A stretch of DNA of 62,014 bases, filler included, from 5 parts of 5 records of this genome joined end to end with filler, not necessarily neighbours in it; one strand, 5' to 3'. Positions 1 through 9,199 are shown, counted from the first letter of the whole stretch. Notes: a model not told the origin generated them from the sequence alone. Numbers and translations: made by a program.

Positions 1-2
1 CG

Positions 3-881
3 GCTGCGGCGGATCGCAACATGGCGATGATCGCCGGCAAGGTGATGATGGACCGGCATGCGCCGGATGCGCTCTGCGACACGCCGCAATCCTCTTATGA
101 CGATACCACGGCCCTGATCGGCAAATGGCATGGCAAGGGCCGGGCGCAATACGCGATCACCCCGCGCTTCGCCATCACCTCCACGCCGGAGCAGATGGAG
201 ATGGCGGAGGCCCTGTTCCGCGAGAACCCGGACTGCTATCTGCAAACCCACCTCTCGGAGAACAAGGCCGAGATCGAGCTGACCCGGGAGCTCTACCCGG
301 AGGCGCGGGACTATTTCGACGTCTACGAGAAGTACGGTTTGCTTGGCGAACGCAGCCTGTTTGGCCACGCCATTCACCTCACCCACCGGGAGCGGGACCG
401 GATGGCGGAGACCGGCTCGGTCGCGGTCTATTGCCCGACCTCCAACCTGTTCCTCGGCAGTGGTCTCTATGACGAGGCGGGGCTGAAGGAAGCAGGCGTC
501 CGGCGGGCCATCGCCACGGATGTCGGCGGCGGCACGAACTATTCCATGCTGCGGACCCTGGATGAGGGCTACAAGGCGCTGCAATTGCGCGGCCAGAATA
601 TCGACCCGCTGCGCAGCTTCTACTGGGCCAGCCTTGGCAATGCTCGTGCGCTCACGCTGGAAGACCGGATCGGCACACTGGAGCCGGATACGGACGCCGA
701 TATCACAGTGCTGAACAGCCGCGCGACGGATGTCATGGCGTTGCGTATGGAGACGGTGGAAAGTCTGCAGGAAGAGCTTTTCGTCCTGCAGACCCTCGGA
801 GACGATCGTGCTGTCGTGGAGACCTATATCGCTGGCCGTCCGGCAAAACAGGGACCGGGTCAGGCTTTCTCGGCCAGATAG
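3..881 (+). CDS. guaD: Guanine deaminase (5'-truncated by window edge)
   Basis: Amidohydrolase motifs YAITPRFA, QTHLSEN, FGHAIHL, CPTSNLFLGSG, ATDVGGG and C-terminal LGDDRAV; the frame is open from position 3. Confidence 0.93.
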   Translation, partial: AAADRNMAMIAGKVMMDRHAPDALCDTPQSSYDDTTALIGKWHGKGRAQYAITPRFAITSTPEQMEMAEALFRENPDCYLQTHLSENKAEIELTRELYPEARDYFDVYEKYGLLGERSLFGHAIHLTHRERDRMAETGSVAVYCPTSNLFLGSGLYDEAGLKEAGVRRAIATDVGGGTNYSMLRTLDEGYKALQLRGQNIDPLRSFYWASLGNARALTLEDRIGTLEPDTDADITVLNSRATDVMALRMETVESLQEELFVLQTLGDDRAVVETYIAGRPAKQGPGQAFSAR

Positions 882-1795
882 GCTTTCAGAATATCCAACT
901 GCCGCAGGCTGGTCAGATCCTTGCTGGTATCGACTTTCCAGAATTGGGTCGCCCAGTTCTTCCCGGAATATTCGGCGATATGGATCGTATAGAGCTTCAG
1001 CTTCTCACCCACCTTGAGCGGAACCCGGTGAAGGAGTAACGCGCAGTTCGGAGTTTTCGGCTCCTTTGCATCGGCGGACCAGCTCATGCGCGGAAGCGGT
1101 GGCGCATAATCGGTTTCGATAAGGCCGGAAGTTGTGTGATTCGCCATGAACATTTCCGTCTCTGCGCGGGAAACATACGCGTGATGACGAACGCTCCATT
1201 TGTCCTCCACCAAAGTGTCCAGGATGTGCACTGTATCGGTGCCGGTCATGGCATGAAGCAGACGCGTGACCGGATCGGAGGAGTTGTCCGGTGAAGGGTG
1301 CAGATGGAAAATACGCGGCAAGCAGGCATTGCAGTCGCGCTCGAACATGCTGACCCAGTCATCGGGCAGGGACGAGGCGATGCGCCGTGCAAGTTTCAGC
1401 GAGGGTGTCCAGCCGGGCTCCATGATGCGATGGACCTGGCTTGGGGATGTCCCTGTGGTCAGTGCGAGTTTATAGGGCGAGAGGCCGTTCTCGACGATCC
1501 ATCGCCGGGCCATCTCGGTGATTTTGAATATCTCGAATTCGATGGTGTTGAGTGCTTGCGAGGTTGGTGTCTTGTTGGCTGGCAGCTGGCGTTGTTCGTC
1601 AAGGTGAAAGGGACCTTCTGCCCAGTCTTTCAGGGCCGAGGTCAGGGTGTCGAAGCCTTGGCCTGACGAAACTCTGGGTTTTTGACGAGAATCCGTCAAT
1701 CGCTCGTCCAGCCTATCGCCGGAGCTTGGTTCTGCAGGCGTAGTCTCTGTACGCAAACAGGAATCTGAATCGTGCAACGATCCCTTGCTCATCAC
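860..1795 (-). CDS. Hypothetical protein with an internal Cro/C1-like HTH
   Basis: 311-aa ORF filling the space between two genes; segment GLSPYKLALTTGTSPSQVHRIMEPGWTPSLKLARRIA resembles an XRE HTH; the rest is unrecognised; start uncertain. Confidence 0.6.
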   Translation of the reverse strand: MMSKGSLHDSDSCLRTETTPAEPSSGDRLDERLTDSRQKPRVSSGQGFDTLTSALKDWAEGPFHLDEQRQLPANKTPTSQALNTIEFEIFKITEMARRWIVENGLSPYKLALTTGTSPSQVHRIMEPGWTPSLKLARRIASSLPDDWVSMFERDCNACLPRIFHLHPSPDNSSDPVTRLLHAMTGTDTVHILDTLVEDKWSVRHHAYVSRAETEMFMANHTTSGLIETDYAPPLPRMSWSADAKEPKTPNCALLLHRVPLKVGEKLKLYTIHIAEYSGKNWATQFWKVDTSKDLTSLRQLDILKAYLAEKA

Positions 1796-2016
1796 TTATC
1801 CCCATTCTGGCTTTGTGCAGTGACGCGCCTATGTTCGTGCTCTTCTGAGCACGGCAGTCGAATTTACTACCTTTAAGGTAAATGCATTTTAACTGAGACT
1901 GCCGGTGAGAGCAATCAAAGCCGCCCAAAATCCGCAGAAATTAGGTACTTAGATCGAGGAAGTAAGAATTTCCCTGTAAAATCAATATATCTTGGAGGGG
2001 CGGGTGTCGTACCCTG

Positions 2017-3678
2017 CTAGGTGCGGGGGTGCGCTCTCTGCATCACGGGAGAGAGTATCTGGTCCGAGATGTGAAAATCCCAGACGGCGCCGCGGTCCGA
2101 TGCGCTGAATCTTTTGACCAGATCGGGCAACTGGGAGAGATCGCTGACGGTCTCGCCGTCCAGCCCAAAGCCTTTTGCGATCCCCGCCAGATCCGGCCGG
2201 CCAAAGACCGCTCCGGCGTCCGACAGACCTTCCGAGCGCAATTTGTGGATCTCGGAGCCATAGGCGCCGTCGTTCAGCACGCAGATTAGCACCTTCATGC
2301 CGTGTCTGCGGATGGTCTCCAGCTCCTGGATATGCATCAGCAGGCTGCCGTCGCCATCGAACATCACGACTGTCTCGTCTGGCTTGGCCGCGGCGACGCC
2401 GATGGCGAAGGAGATGCCGTTTCCGATGGCGCCGAACTCGCGGATGGTGTGGAAGCGCTCAACCGGCCGTTTCGGCATCTGGGCGAAGAAATATGAGCAA
2501 TGGCCGGAGGAGTTCACGGCTTCCCAGTTTATCGGCAGGGCATCGTCCAGTGCCGAGGCCACGTCGCGCGGGTCGAGCAGACCCTGTTCTGCCCGGAAGT
2601 CGGAGCTGTCCGGCGGGGTATCCTTGATACGCTTGGCACGTGCGGGGTTGCGCCAGTTACCGGTATCCTCCGGGCGCGGCTCCAGCGCGACGGCCAGCGC
2701 TTGGGCGGCGAGGGCGGCATCGCCGCGCAGATACGTATCCGCCGGAACCCGGCCCTGGCTGAGGGCGGCGGGATTGGTGTCGATCTGCAGGACATGCGCG
2801 TGACCGTAGAGCTTGCCGCCATCGGCATTATGGTGCGCCAGGCTGGTGCCGATCGCGATAATCAGATCGGCTTCGGCAAAACATTCCCGGGTGAAGTCGC
2901 TCGAAAACCCTCCCGCGATGCTGAGGTTGAACGGGTCGTTGTGGAACAGACCGCGTGCCGGCAGGGTGGTCGCGAGCAGGCCGCCGCATTTCTCGGCGAG
3001 AGCCCGGCAGGCCTCACCCGCGCCAGCCGAGCGGACGGCGCCGAGCCCGGCCATGATGATCGGCTTCTTTGCTCCGGCAATCAGCGTGGCAGCTTCGGCT
3101 ACATCGTCGGGATGTGGCGGCATCGGGCGCATTTTCGGCAGGATGTCACGTGATGGCGCTGGCAGCTCGTTCGCGCCGGTCCAGTCCTTGTTTTGCAGAT
3201 CGAACGGAACGCCGAGTACAACCGGGCGCATTTCTTCCCGTGCTTGCACGAAAGCATCCCGGACCTGACGCAGCATGCGGTCGGGGTGATGCAGGGCATG
3301 ATAGGCCGCGCCGCAGGCGGTAACGAAGGGGGCCTGATCCAGCTCCTGATTGTACCAGTTGTTGCGTAACGGGGACTCGCCGGCGAAAACGACGAGCGGG
3401 ATATGCGCCCGCACGGCGGCGGGCAGGGCGGTCATGATTTGCGTCAGGCCCGGCCCGCAAGTGACCGTGGCGACCCCGACCTTGTCCAGCGCGCGGGCGT
3501 AGGACATGGCCGCCGCAACCGCGCAATGCTCGTGCCGGACATAGACGAAATCCGCCCCCAGCTCGGCAAAATACGTGGCCCAGTTCATGTTTGCATCGCC
3601 GAGCAGGGCAAAGCAGGTATCCACCTCTTCCTGACGGAAGGCTTCCGCCAGGATTTGGTAGGTTTTTTTCGCGGTCAT
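2017..3678 (-). CDS. Thiamine-diphosphate-dependent enzyme (acetolactate synthase/benzoylformate decarboxylase superfamily)
   Basis: VRHEHCA (catalytic Glu), TCGPGLT and ThDP motif FDGDGSLLM...LNDGAYG; ATG at 3678 follows a purine-rich RBS. Confidence 0.92.
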   Translation of the reverse strand: MTAKKTYQILAEAFRQEEVDTCFALLGDANMNWATYFAELGADFVYVRHEHCAVAAAMSYARALDKVGVATVTCGPGLTQIMTALPAAVRAHIPLVVFAGESPLRNNWYNQELDQAPFVTACGAAYHALHHPDRMLRQVRDAFVQAREEMRPVVLGVPFDLQNKDWTGANELPAPSRDILPKMRPMPPHPDDVAEAATLIAGAKKPIIMAGLGAVRSAGAGEACRALAEKCGGLLATTLPARGLFHNDPFNLSIAGGFSSDFTRECFAEADLIIAIGTSLAHHNADGGKLYGHAHVLQIDTNPAALSQGRVPADTYLRGDAALAAQALAVALEPRPEDTGNWRNPARAKRIKDTPPDSSDFRAEQGLLDPRDVASALDDALPINWEAVNSSGHCSYFFAQMPKRPVERFHTIREFGAIGNGISFAIGVAAAKPDETVVMFDGDGSLLMHIQELETIRRHGMKVLICVLNDGAYGSEIHKLRSEGLSDAGAVFGRPDLAGIAKGFGLDGETVSDLSQLPDLVKRFSASDRGAVWDFHISDQILSPVMQRAHPRT

Positions 3679-3762
3679 CTTGGTGTTTCCCCCGGGCCGG
3701 CATGATGTTGTGCCAAGTGTCGCGCTCTTGGATACGTCGCGCATCTCGGTCGTGTTGTTTGA

Positions 3763-3792
3763 ATCTTATTGAATTGTATACAATTTCGTCAA
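3763..3792 (-). promoter_or_regulatory. Sigma70 promoter (TTGACG-18-TAAGAT) with the palindromic GntR-type operator AATTGTATACAATT in its spacer
   Basis: Perfect 14-bp palindrome at 3772-3785 lies between the -35 and -10 hexamers on the minus strand, upstream of the ThDP enzyme gene. Confidence 0.7.
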
Positions 3793-3913
3793 GCAAACTA
3801 CAGCAGGGACCTGCCACGCGCCGGGCGGAGATCGCATTATCGTGCTGGCTGGAATGCCGGAGGTCCGGGAAGAGCGGAGCCGTGTTTTGACACGGCTCCG
3901 TGGTTGATTTTGG

Positions 3914-4600
3914 TTAGACGACCTTTACGGCCATGCTGCCGAGCCCGTCCACGCTCGCTTCCATCACGTCTCCCTTGGAAACCGGGCCAACGCCCGAGGG
4001 TGTTCCGGACAGGATGACGTCTCCGGCGGCGAGCTCGAAGAAGCGCGACAGGTAGGAGATCATTTCGGGAACCTTCCAGATCATCTGGTTGAGGTCGCCT
4101 TCCTGGCGCAATTCGCCATTGATGCTCAGTGCCACGCGGCCCTGGTCGAGGTGCCCGACCTTCTCCACCGGATGCACCGGGCCAACCGGAGCGGAGCGTT
4201 CGAACGCCTTGCCGATTTCCCAGGGGCGGCCCATTTTCTTCTGCTCGCCCTGCAGGTCCCGGCGCGTCATGTCGAGGGACAGGCCGTAGCCATAGACATG
4301 ATCAAGCGCGTCTTCGATCGCGATATCCGTGCCGCCTGACTTCAGCGCCACGAGCATTTCCATCTCATGGTGAACGTCGGACGATTCCGGCGGGTAGGGA
4401 AACTCGCCCGAGGGATCGAGATTGTCCGGGTTTTTCTGGAAGAAAAACGGTGCTTCGCGGTCGGGGTCATGCCCCATCTCGACCGCGTGAGCTGCATAAT
4501 TGCGACCAATGCAATAAACGCGGCGCACGGGGAAAAGCGCGCTTGAGCCGGCGACCGGTATGGCGACCTGCCGGGGTGTTTCTATGACGTAATCGTGCAC
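3914..4600 (-). CDS. Fumarylacetoacetate hydrolase family protein (fumarylpyruvate/acylpyruvate hydrolase-like)
   Basis: VYCIGRNYAAHA, FFFQKNP, HHEMEM, DMTRRDLQ, PWEIGKAF, GDVILSGTPSGVG. Confidence 0.92.
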   Translation of the reverse strand: MHDYVIETPRQVAIPVAGSSALFPVRRVYCIGRNYAAHAVEMGHDPDREAPFFFQKNPDNLDPSGEFPYPPESSDVHHEMEMLVALKSGGTDIAIEDALDHVYGYGLSLDMTRRDLQGEQKKMGRPWEIGKAFERSAPVGPVHPVEKVGHLDQGRVALSINGELRQEGDLNQMIWKVPEMISYLSRFFELAAGDVILSGTPSGVGPVSKGDVMEASVDGLGSMAVKVV

Positions 4601-4738
4601 GCAAACCTCCGTTGTGCTGTCGGGATAAAGGCTGACTTAAGCTGGTCTCGGAGAAAAATCAATCTCAACCAATCTAAAAGTAAGGCCAATTTTCTTCCGT
4701 TTAATACGATGTTCTGCCATATTCGAACCAATATGCGT

Positions 4739-4756
4739 AAATTGGTCAACCAATTT
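4739..4756. promoter_or_regulatory. FadR-subfamily operator AAATTGGT-CA-ACCAATTT
   Basis: Perfect 8-bp-arm palindrome resembling LldR/PdhR/GlcC boxes, just upstream of the FadR-type gene; additional ACCAAT half-sites lie in the same divergent intergenic region. Confidence 0.7.
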
Positions 4757-4767
4757 GAGGTGTTGGC

Positions 4768-5457
4768 GTGCTGAAAAGAGTTGAGTCTCCTGAGCGGGAA
4801 AGCCCGGTATCGGCCCTGCGGAACTTTATCTCTGATGGCGGCTATGTCCCGGGTGACCGGCTCCCGGCCGAGCGCGAACTGATCGTGAGTCTCGATGTGA
4901 GCCGGGCGACTTTGCGCAAGGCTCTGGACGTTCTGGAACGTGACGGAACCATCTGGCGGCATGTCGGCAAGGGCACGTTCATCGCCAGTCAGGGTGGCCC
5001 GGGCGGCCCCGGCAGTCTTCTCGAACTCGGACGTCAGATGACGCCGGTGAAGATGATCCGGGCACGGCTTTGTATTGAGCCCGCGATTGCCCGCGAGGCG
5101 GCGATCAATGCTTCGCGAGAATCGATCCTGATGATCAATACGGCAAAAGACCGGGCGCGGCAGGCTTCAAACTGGGCCGACTATGAGGCGGAAGACGATC
5201 ACCTGCATCGGGCTATCGTCGAATGTACGGATAACCCATTGCTGATCGGCATGTTTGACCAGCTCAATCAGGTGCGCCGGGCCGTGGCGCTCGGCAATGT
5301 CGTGCGCGGCTCGGAGCGCCCGCCTGAAAACCATTCCAGTTTTACCGAGCATGAGCGGATTACGGCGGCCATAGAGTCGCGGGATCCATCTGGTGCGGAA
5401 GCGGCGATGCGGCAGCATATCGCCTCCGTTTCCGCGCGTCTTTTCGGGGAGGACTGA
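4768..5457 (+). CDS. GntR/FadR family transcriptional regulator
   Basis: GDRLPAEREL...VSRATLRKAL...GKGTFI winged HTH followed by an FCD domain. Confidence 0.93.
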   Translation: MLKRVESPERESPVSALRNFISDGGYVPGDRLPAERELIVSLDVSRATLRKALDVLERDGTIWRHVGKGTFIASQGGPGGPGSLLELGRQMTPVKMIRARLCIEPAIAREAAINASRESILMINTAKDRARQASNWADYEAEDDHLHRAIVECTDNPLLIGMFDQLNQVRRAVALGNVVRGSERPPENHSSFTEHERITAAIESRDPSGAEAAMRQHIASVSARLFGED

Positions 5458-5566
5458 CCGCTTAACCTAAGAAGGTCTGTTTGCGGCGAAGAGGGGAAAA
5501 CCCCCAGCCACGGGAACCGCGTCCGAAAGTGACTAAAGGCCCGAAAGTGAACAAAGGGAGGAAACA

Positions 5567-6541
5567 ATGAATAAAATTCTGAAAGCGGCGCTTGCGTTCT
5601 GCCTCGCCGTTCCGTTCATCACCATGATGACGGTCTCGTCTGCCCGGGCGGACAAGATCCGTATCGCCCTTGCCGAAACACCCTCTGATGAGCTCGCGGC
5701 ATTCTTCGTCGCCCTCGAGCGGGCCAAGGCAAACGGTCTCGATTACGAGTGGACAGCCTTCTCGGACGAGGAGCTGGCTATTCAGGCCGTTCTCAGTGGC
5801 CAGATGGATATCGGCTTCGGAACGCCCTATGCAGCCATGCAGCGCTCGCGGGCGCCGATCCGCATCGTCTTCCAGCTCTCCAAGCTGAAGTTCTTCCCGG
5901 TCACCTCGAAGAAATACAGCAAGCTTGAGGATCTGAATGGCGAGCCGATCATGCTGCACTCCCGTGGCGGCGGGACGGATTCGATTGCAAATGTCATCGA
6001 GGACAAGCTGGACATCAAATTCGGCAAGCGCTCTTACGTGCCCGGCTCGTCGAACCGGATTGCGGCGCTGATCGCTGGTCAGACGGATGCGACGATCGTC
6101 GATCTCTCGAACAAGAACAAGCTGATGAAACTGCAGGGCGACAAGTTCAACGTGCTGCCGATGTTCGAGGTCGATGCCAGTGACGAGGCCCTGTTTGGTA
6201 ACCTTGACTGGATCAAGGCGAACGAAAAGGACGTCGATATCTTCGTGAAAGCGCTGCTCAGCGTCTGGCGGGACATGCACAAGGACCCGACCGTCATCAG
6301 CCGGGAAACCAATCCGGACGGGCCTATCGGACAGCTGCCGAAAGAGATTCTGGACAGTCTCGACGGGTTCTACACGGATGCCGTGGCGGGCGGTCTTTAT
6401 GACCCGAACGGCGGCGGCCGCAAAGCCGCACAGGCGGACATGGAATGGTACTCGGCTGCGGGGCAGCTTACCGGCGATCTCGCGTCATTGAAGATCGAAG
6501 ACTTCTGGTACCTGAAGCCGCTCGACGACGCGTCAAACTAG
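5567..6541 (+). CDS. NitT/TauT-family ABC transporter substrate-binding protein
   Basis: Signal peptide, GGGAGG RBS, SsuA/THI5-like sequence; first gene of an ABC operon. Confidence 0.88.
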   Translation: MNKILKAALAFCLAVPFITMMTVSSARADKIRIALAETPSDELAAFFVALERAKANGLDYEWTAFSDEELAIQAVLSGQMDIGFGTPYAAMQRSRAPIRIVFQLSKLKFFPVTSKKYSKLEDLNGEPIMLHSRGGGTDSIANVIEDKLDIKFGKRSYVPGSSNRIAALIAGQTDATIVDLSNKNKLMKLQGDKFNVLPMFEVDASDEALFGNLDWIKANEKDVDIFVKALLSVWRDMHKDPTVISRETNPDGPIGQLPKEILDSLDGFYTDAVAGGLYDPNGGGRKAAQADMEWYSAAGQLTGDLASLKIEDFWYLKPLDDASN

Positions 6542-6550
6542 CCTCTGCCT

Positions 6551-6588
6551 GCGGCCGCCGGGCAGTGATCCCGGCGGCCGCGCTTTTT
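6551..6588 (+). terminator. GC-rich stem-loop after the SBP gene (attenuating terminator or mRNA stabiliser)
   Basis: GCGGCCGCCGGG-7nt-CCCGGCGGCCGC followed by gcTTTTT. Confidence 0.65.
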
Positions 6589-6610
6589 GCTCAAATCATC
6601 GGGAGCGGCC

Positions 6611-7375
6611 ATGACCGGCTATCGCTCACTCTCTCTGAAAGTGCTGTCCGCCGTGCTTGTCTTCGGCGCCTGGGAAATCGCGGGCCGGATCCCGGTCAGC
6701 TATTCTTTTCCGACATTCCTCGACACCATGTCGGCGCTGGTTACCCTGACACTCGACGGCACCATGCTCCGCGCTTATGCGGAGACGCTTCAGCCGCTTG
6801 CGGTCGGGATATCGATTTCCGCCGTCTTCGGTATCGGGATCGGGCTTTGGGTCGGGCTGAGCGCACGTTTCGACTGGCTCTTCTCGCCGATCTTTATCGT
6901 CATGCAGGCGGCGCCCCTGGCGGCGTTGATTCCCCTGCTCGTGATGGCCTACGGGGTTGGCCTGACCTCGAAAGTGTTCGTGGTCTGCATCATGGCGATG
7001 CCCGTGATCGTGCTGAATACAGGGGGCGCGGTCCGCAACACGCCGTCGTCCCTGCAGGAAATGGGACGCTCCTTCCTTGCCCGTGAAGACCAGATCCTCC
7101 TGAAGGTGATTATCCCGGCGGCATCGCCGGTCATCTTTTCGGGCCTGCGTCTCGGTATTTCAGCGGGTTTCATCGGCGCCATTCTGGCGGAGCTGAAGAT
7201 CACGCCGACCGGGGTTGGCGACATCATCACCTACAGCCGCTCGATTGCCGATTACCCCAGCATGTATGCGGCCATCTTCTCGATCATTCTTTTCGCCGTG
7301 CTGTTCCTGAACCTGGTTGAACGGCTTGAAAACATACTCTTCAAAGGAAACGACCGTGGCTATGTCTCAGATTAG
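6611..7375 (+). CDS. ABC transporter permease (NitT/TauT)
   Basis: Hydrophobic helices and EAA-like motif LQEMGRSFLA...IIPAASP. Confidence 0.9.
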   Translation: MTGYRSLSLKVLSAVLVFGAWEIAGRIPVSYSFPTFLDTMSALVTLTLDGTMLRAYAETLQPLAVGISISAVFGIGIGLWVGLSARFDWLFSPIFIVMQAAPLAALIPLLVMAYGVGLTSKVFVVCIMAMPVIVLNTGGAVRNTPSSLQEMGRSFLAREDQILLKVIIPAASPVIFSGLRLGISAGFIGAILAELKITPTGVGDIITYSRSIADYPSMYAAIFSIILFAVLFLNLVERLENILFKGNDRGYVSD

Positions 7376-8162
7376 CGATAGGCCGGACACTCCCTCAACT
7401 CCGGCACCGGAGAACGCGGTTACCGCGCGCAACATCTCGAAGAATTACGGTGACGTTGAAGCATTGCGCGATCTGTCGCTCGATTTTCCGCGCGGTCAGC
7501 TGACATCGCTGCTTGGCCCGTCCGGCTGCGGCAAGACAACCCTGCTGAAAATCATCGCGGGACTCCTGGAGCCGTCGTCGGGCGAGATCCTGGTCAATGG
7601 CGAGCAGGTGGCCGGACCCGGACCGGACAGGGCCTTCGTGTTTCAGGATTTCGCCCTTCTGCCCTGGGCCAGCGTGATCCGGAACGTCGCCTTCGGCCTG
7701 GAGCTCAGAGGGGTTGCCAAGTCGGAGCGGGAAGGGATTGCCGAACGCTATATTCGGGATGTCGGTCTCGCCGGTTTCGAGAACAGTTATCCGCATGAAC
7801 TCTCTGGCGGCATGCGCCAGCGCGTGGGCCTTGCACGGGCGCTCTCCGTCGATGCGCAGGTCTTGTTGATGGATGAGCCGTTTTCGGCCGTCGATGAGCA
7901 GACGAGGCGCAAGTTCCAGGAAGATCTGCTCAATCTGGTGGCGAACGAGAACAAGACCTTCATCTTCGTGACCCACTCGATCGAGGAGGCGGTCTATGTC
8001 TCGGACCAGATCGCGATCCTGCTGCCCCGTCCAAGCCGGGTCTCGGAAATCATCCGGCCATCCGGAATCCGCGGCAAGGGTGCCGACAGTATCCGGCGCG
8101 ATCCGGAATATCTCGATATCGTCGACCGGATCTGGGCTTCCCTGCGCAGTTATGTGGAGTAA
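7362..8162 (+). CDS. ABC transporter ATP-binding protein (NitT/TauT)
   Basis: Walker A GPSGCGKT, signature LSGGMRQ, Walker B LLMDEPF, H-loop VTHS. Confidence 0.95.
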   Translation: MSQISDRPDTPSTPAPENAVTARNISKNYGDVEALRDLSLDFPRGQLTSLLGPSGCGKTTLLKIIAGLLEPSSGEILVNGEQVAGPGPDRAFVFQDFALLPWASVIRNVAFGLELRGVAKSEREGIAERYIRDVGLAGFENSYPHELSGGMRQRVGLARALSVDAQVLLMDEPFSAVDEQTRRKFQEDLLNLVANENKTFIFVTHSIEEAVYVSDQIAILLPRPSRVSEIIRPSGIRGKGADSIRRDPEYLDIVDRIWASLRSYVE

Positions 8163-8170
8163 GGGCTGAG

Positions 8171-8923
8171 ATGACACTTTTCGGCTATAAGCTTCCCGGC
8201 ATGTCATCGCTGATCCTCTGGGGATTGCTCTGGGAGGTCGTCGGCAGACTCGATGTGACCTTCTTCGTGCCGCCGCTTTCCGAGGTGGTGAGCACCCTGA
8301 TCTCCGTTATCGGGACCCCGGCATTTCTGAAAGCCCTGTACGAAACGGCCTACGCGTTCTTCGCCGGTGTATTCTTTGCTGTCTTCATCGGAATTCCGAC
8401 GGGCATCCTGATGGGCAAGAGCCGCCTGCTCGATGAACTCCTGCTGCCCTGGGTGAACATGTTCCTGAGCGCGCCCCTGACGGCATTGGTGCCGGTGCTG
8501 ATGGTCCTTTTCGGTTTCGGCATGAAGGCGATCATCATCACCACCACGCTGTTCGCGATCTGGATCATCATCCTGAATTCCCGCGCCGGCGTATTACAGA
8601 TCAACCGGTCCCTGGTGGAGATGGCCCGCTCTTTCGGGGCGTCGCCGCTGGACGCCTTTTTCAAGATCTATTTCTGGGCTGCCCTGCCGGAAATCCTGGG
8701 CGGCGTGCGGATCGGCGTGATCCGGGCGGTCAAGGGCGTGATCATCGGTCAGTTGCTGATCTCCATCGTCGGCTTTGGGGCGCTGTTCGAGCTGTATGCG
8801 AACAACTTCCTGATGGCGCATTTCTGGGCTGTCCTGATCGTGCTTTTCGCGCTCGCCTTCACGATTTCGGAATGCCTCTCCTATCTTGAGCGACGGGTCT
8901 CCTATTACGCGGCCAAGCGCTGA
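8171..8923 (+). CDS. ABC transporter permease (NitT/TauT)
   Basis: Hydrophobic; EAA motif LVEMARSFGAS. Confidence 0.9.
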   Translation: MTLFGYKLPGMSSLILWGLLWEVVGRLDVTFFVPPLSEVVSTLISVIGTPAFLKALYETAYAFFAGVFFAVFIGIPTGILMGKSRLLDELLLPWVNMFLSAPLTALVPVLMVLFGFGMKAIIITTTLFAIWIIILNSRAGVLQINRSLVEMARSFGASPLDAFFKIYFWAALPEILGGVRIGVIRAVKGVIIGQLLISIVGFGALFELYANNFLMAHFWAVLIVLFALAFTISECLSYLERRVSYYAAKR

Positions 8924-8953
8924 GGCTGGGCGGAACACGCATGTCCAGGCCGA

Positions 8954-8983
8954 TTGACTGCACGAAGAAACATTGTATACAAT
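8954..8983 (+). promoter_or_regulatory. Sigma70 promoter (TTGACT-18-TACAAT) overlapped by the operator ATTGTATACAAT
   Basis: 12-bp perfect palindrome at 8972-8983 with the same core as 3772-3785. Confidence 0.65.
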
Positions 8984-9052
8984 CCTTCCAAGAAGGCCGC
9001 TGACCGGCATCGCATGATGCTTGGCCGAACGGCCCGCCGAAGGAGAGAAGCC

Positions 9053-9098
9053 CTGTCTGAAATTACCAATAAAGTGTGGGATGTCGTCGTTGTCGGCG
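9053..9098 (+). CDS. N-terminus of a probable FAD/NAD-binding oxidoreductase (truncated at contig end)
   Basis: LSEITNKVWDVVVVG is a typical Rossmann beta1 leading into GxGxxG; AGGAGAG RBS at 9041-9047. Confidence 0.5.
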
Positions 9099-9198
9099 NN
9101 NNNNNNNNNNNNNNNNNNNNNNNNNNNNNNNNNNNNNNNNNNTTAATTAATTAANNNNNNNNNNNNNNNNNNNNNNNNNNNNNNNNNNNNNNNNNNNN
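9099..9198. other. Artificial contig linker N44-TTAATTAATTAA-N44
   Basis: Identical 100-bp spacer seen four times, with stops in all six frames; genes are truncated on both sides. Confidence 0.98.
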
Positions 9199-9199
9199 C

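Noticed and set aside
9143-9154. TTAATTAATTAA repeated four times as a biological repeat or CRISPR-like element
   Set aside because: It is always embedded in exactly 44+44 Ns; it is an assembly or concatenation linker
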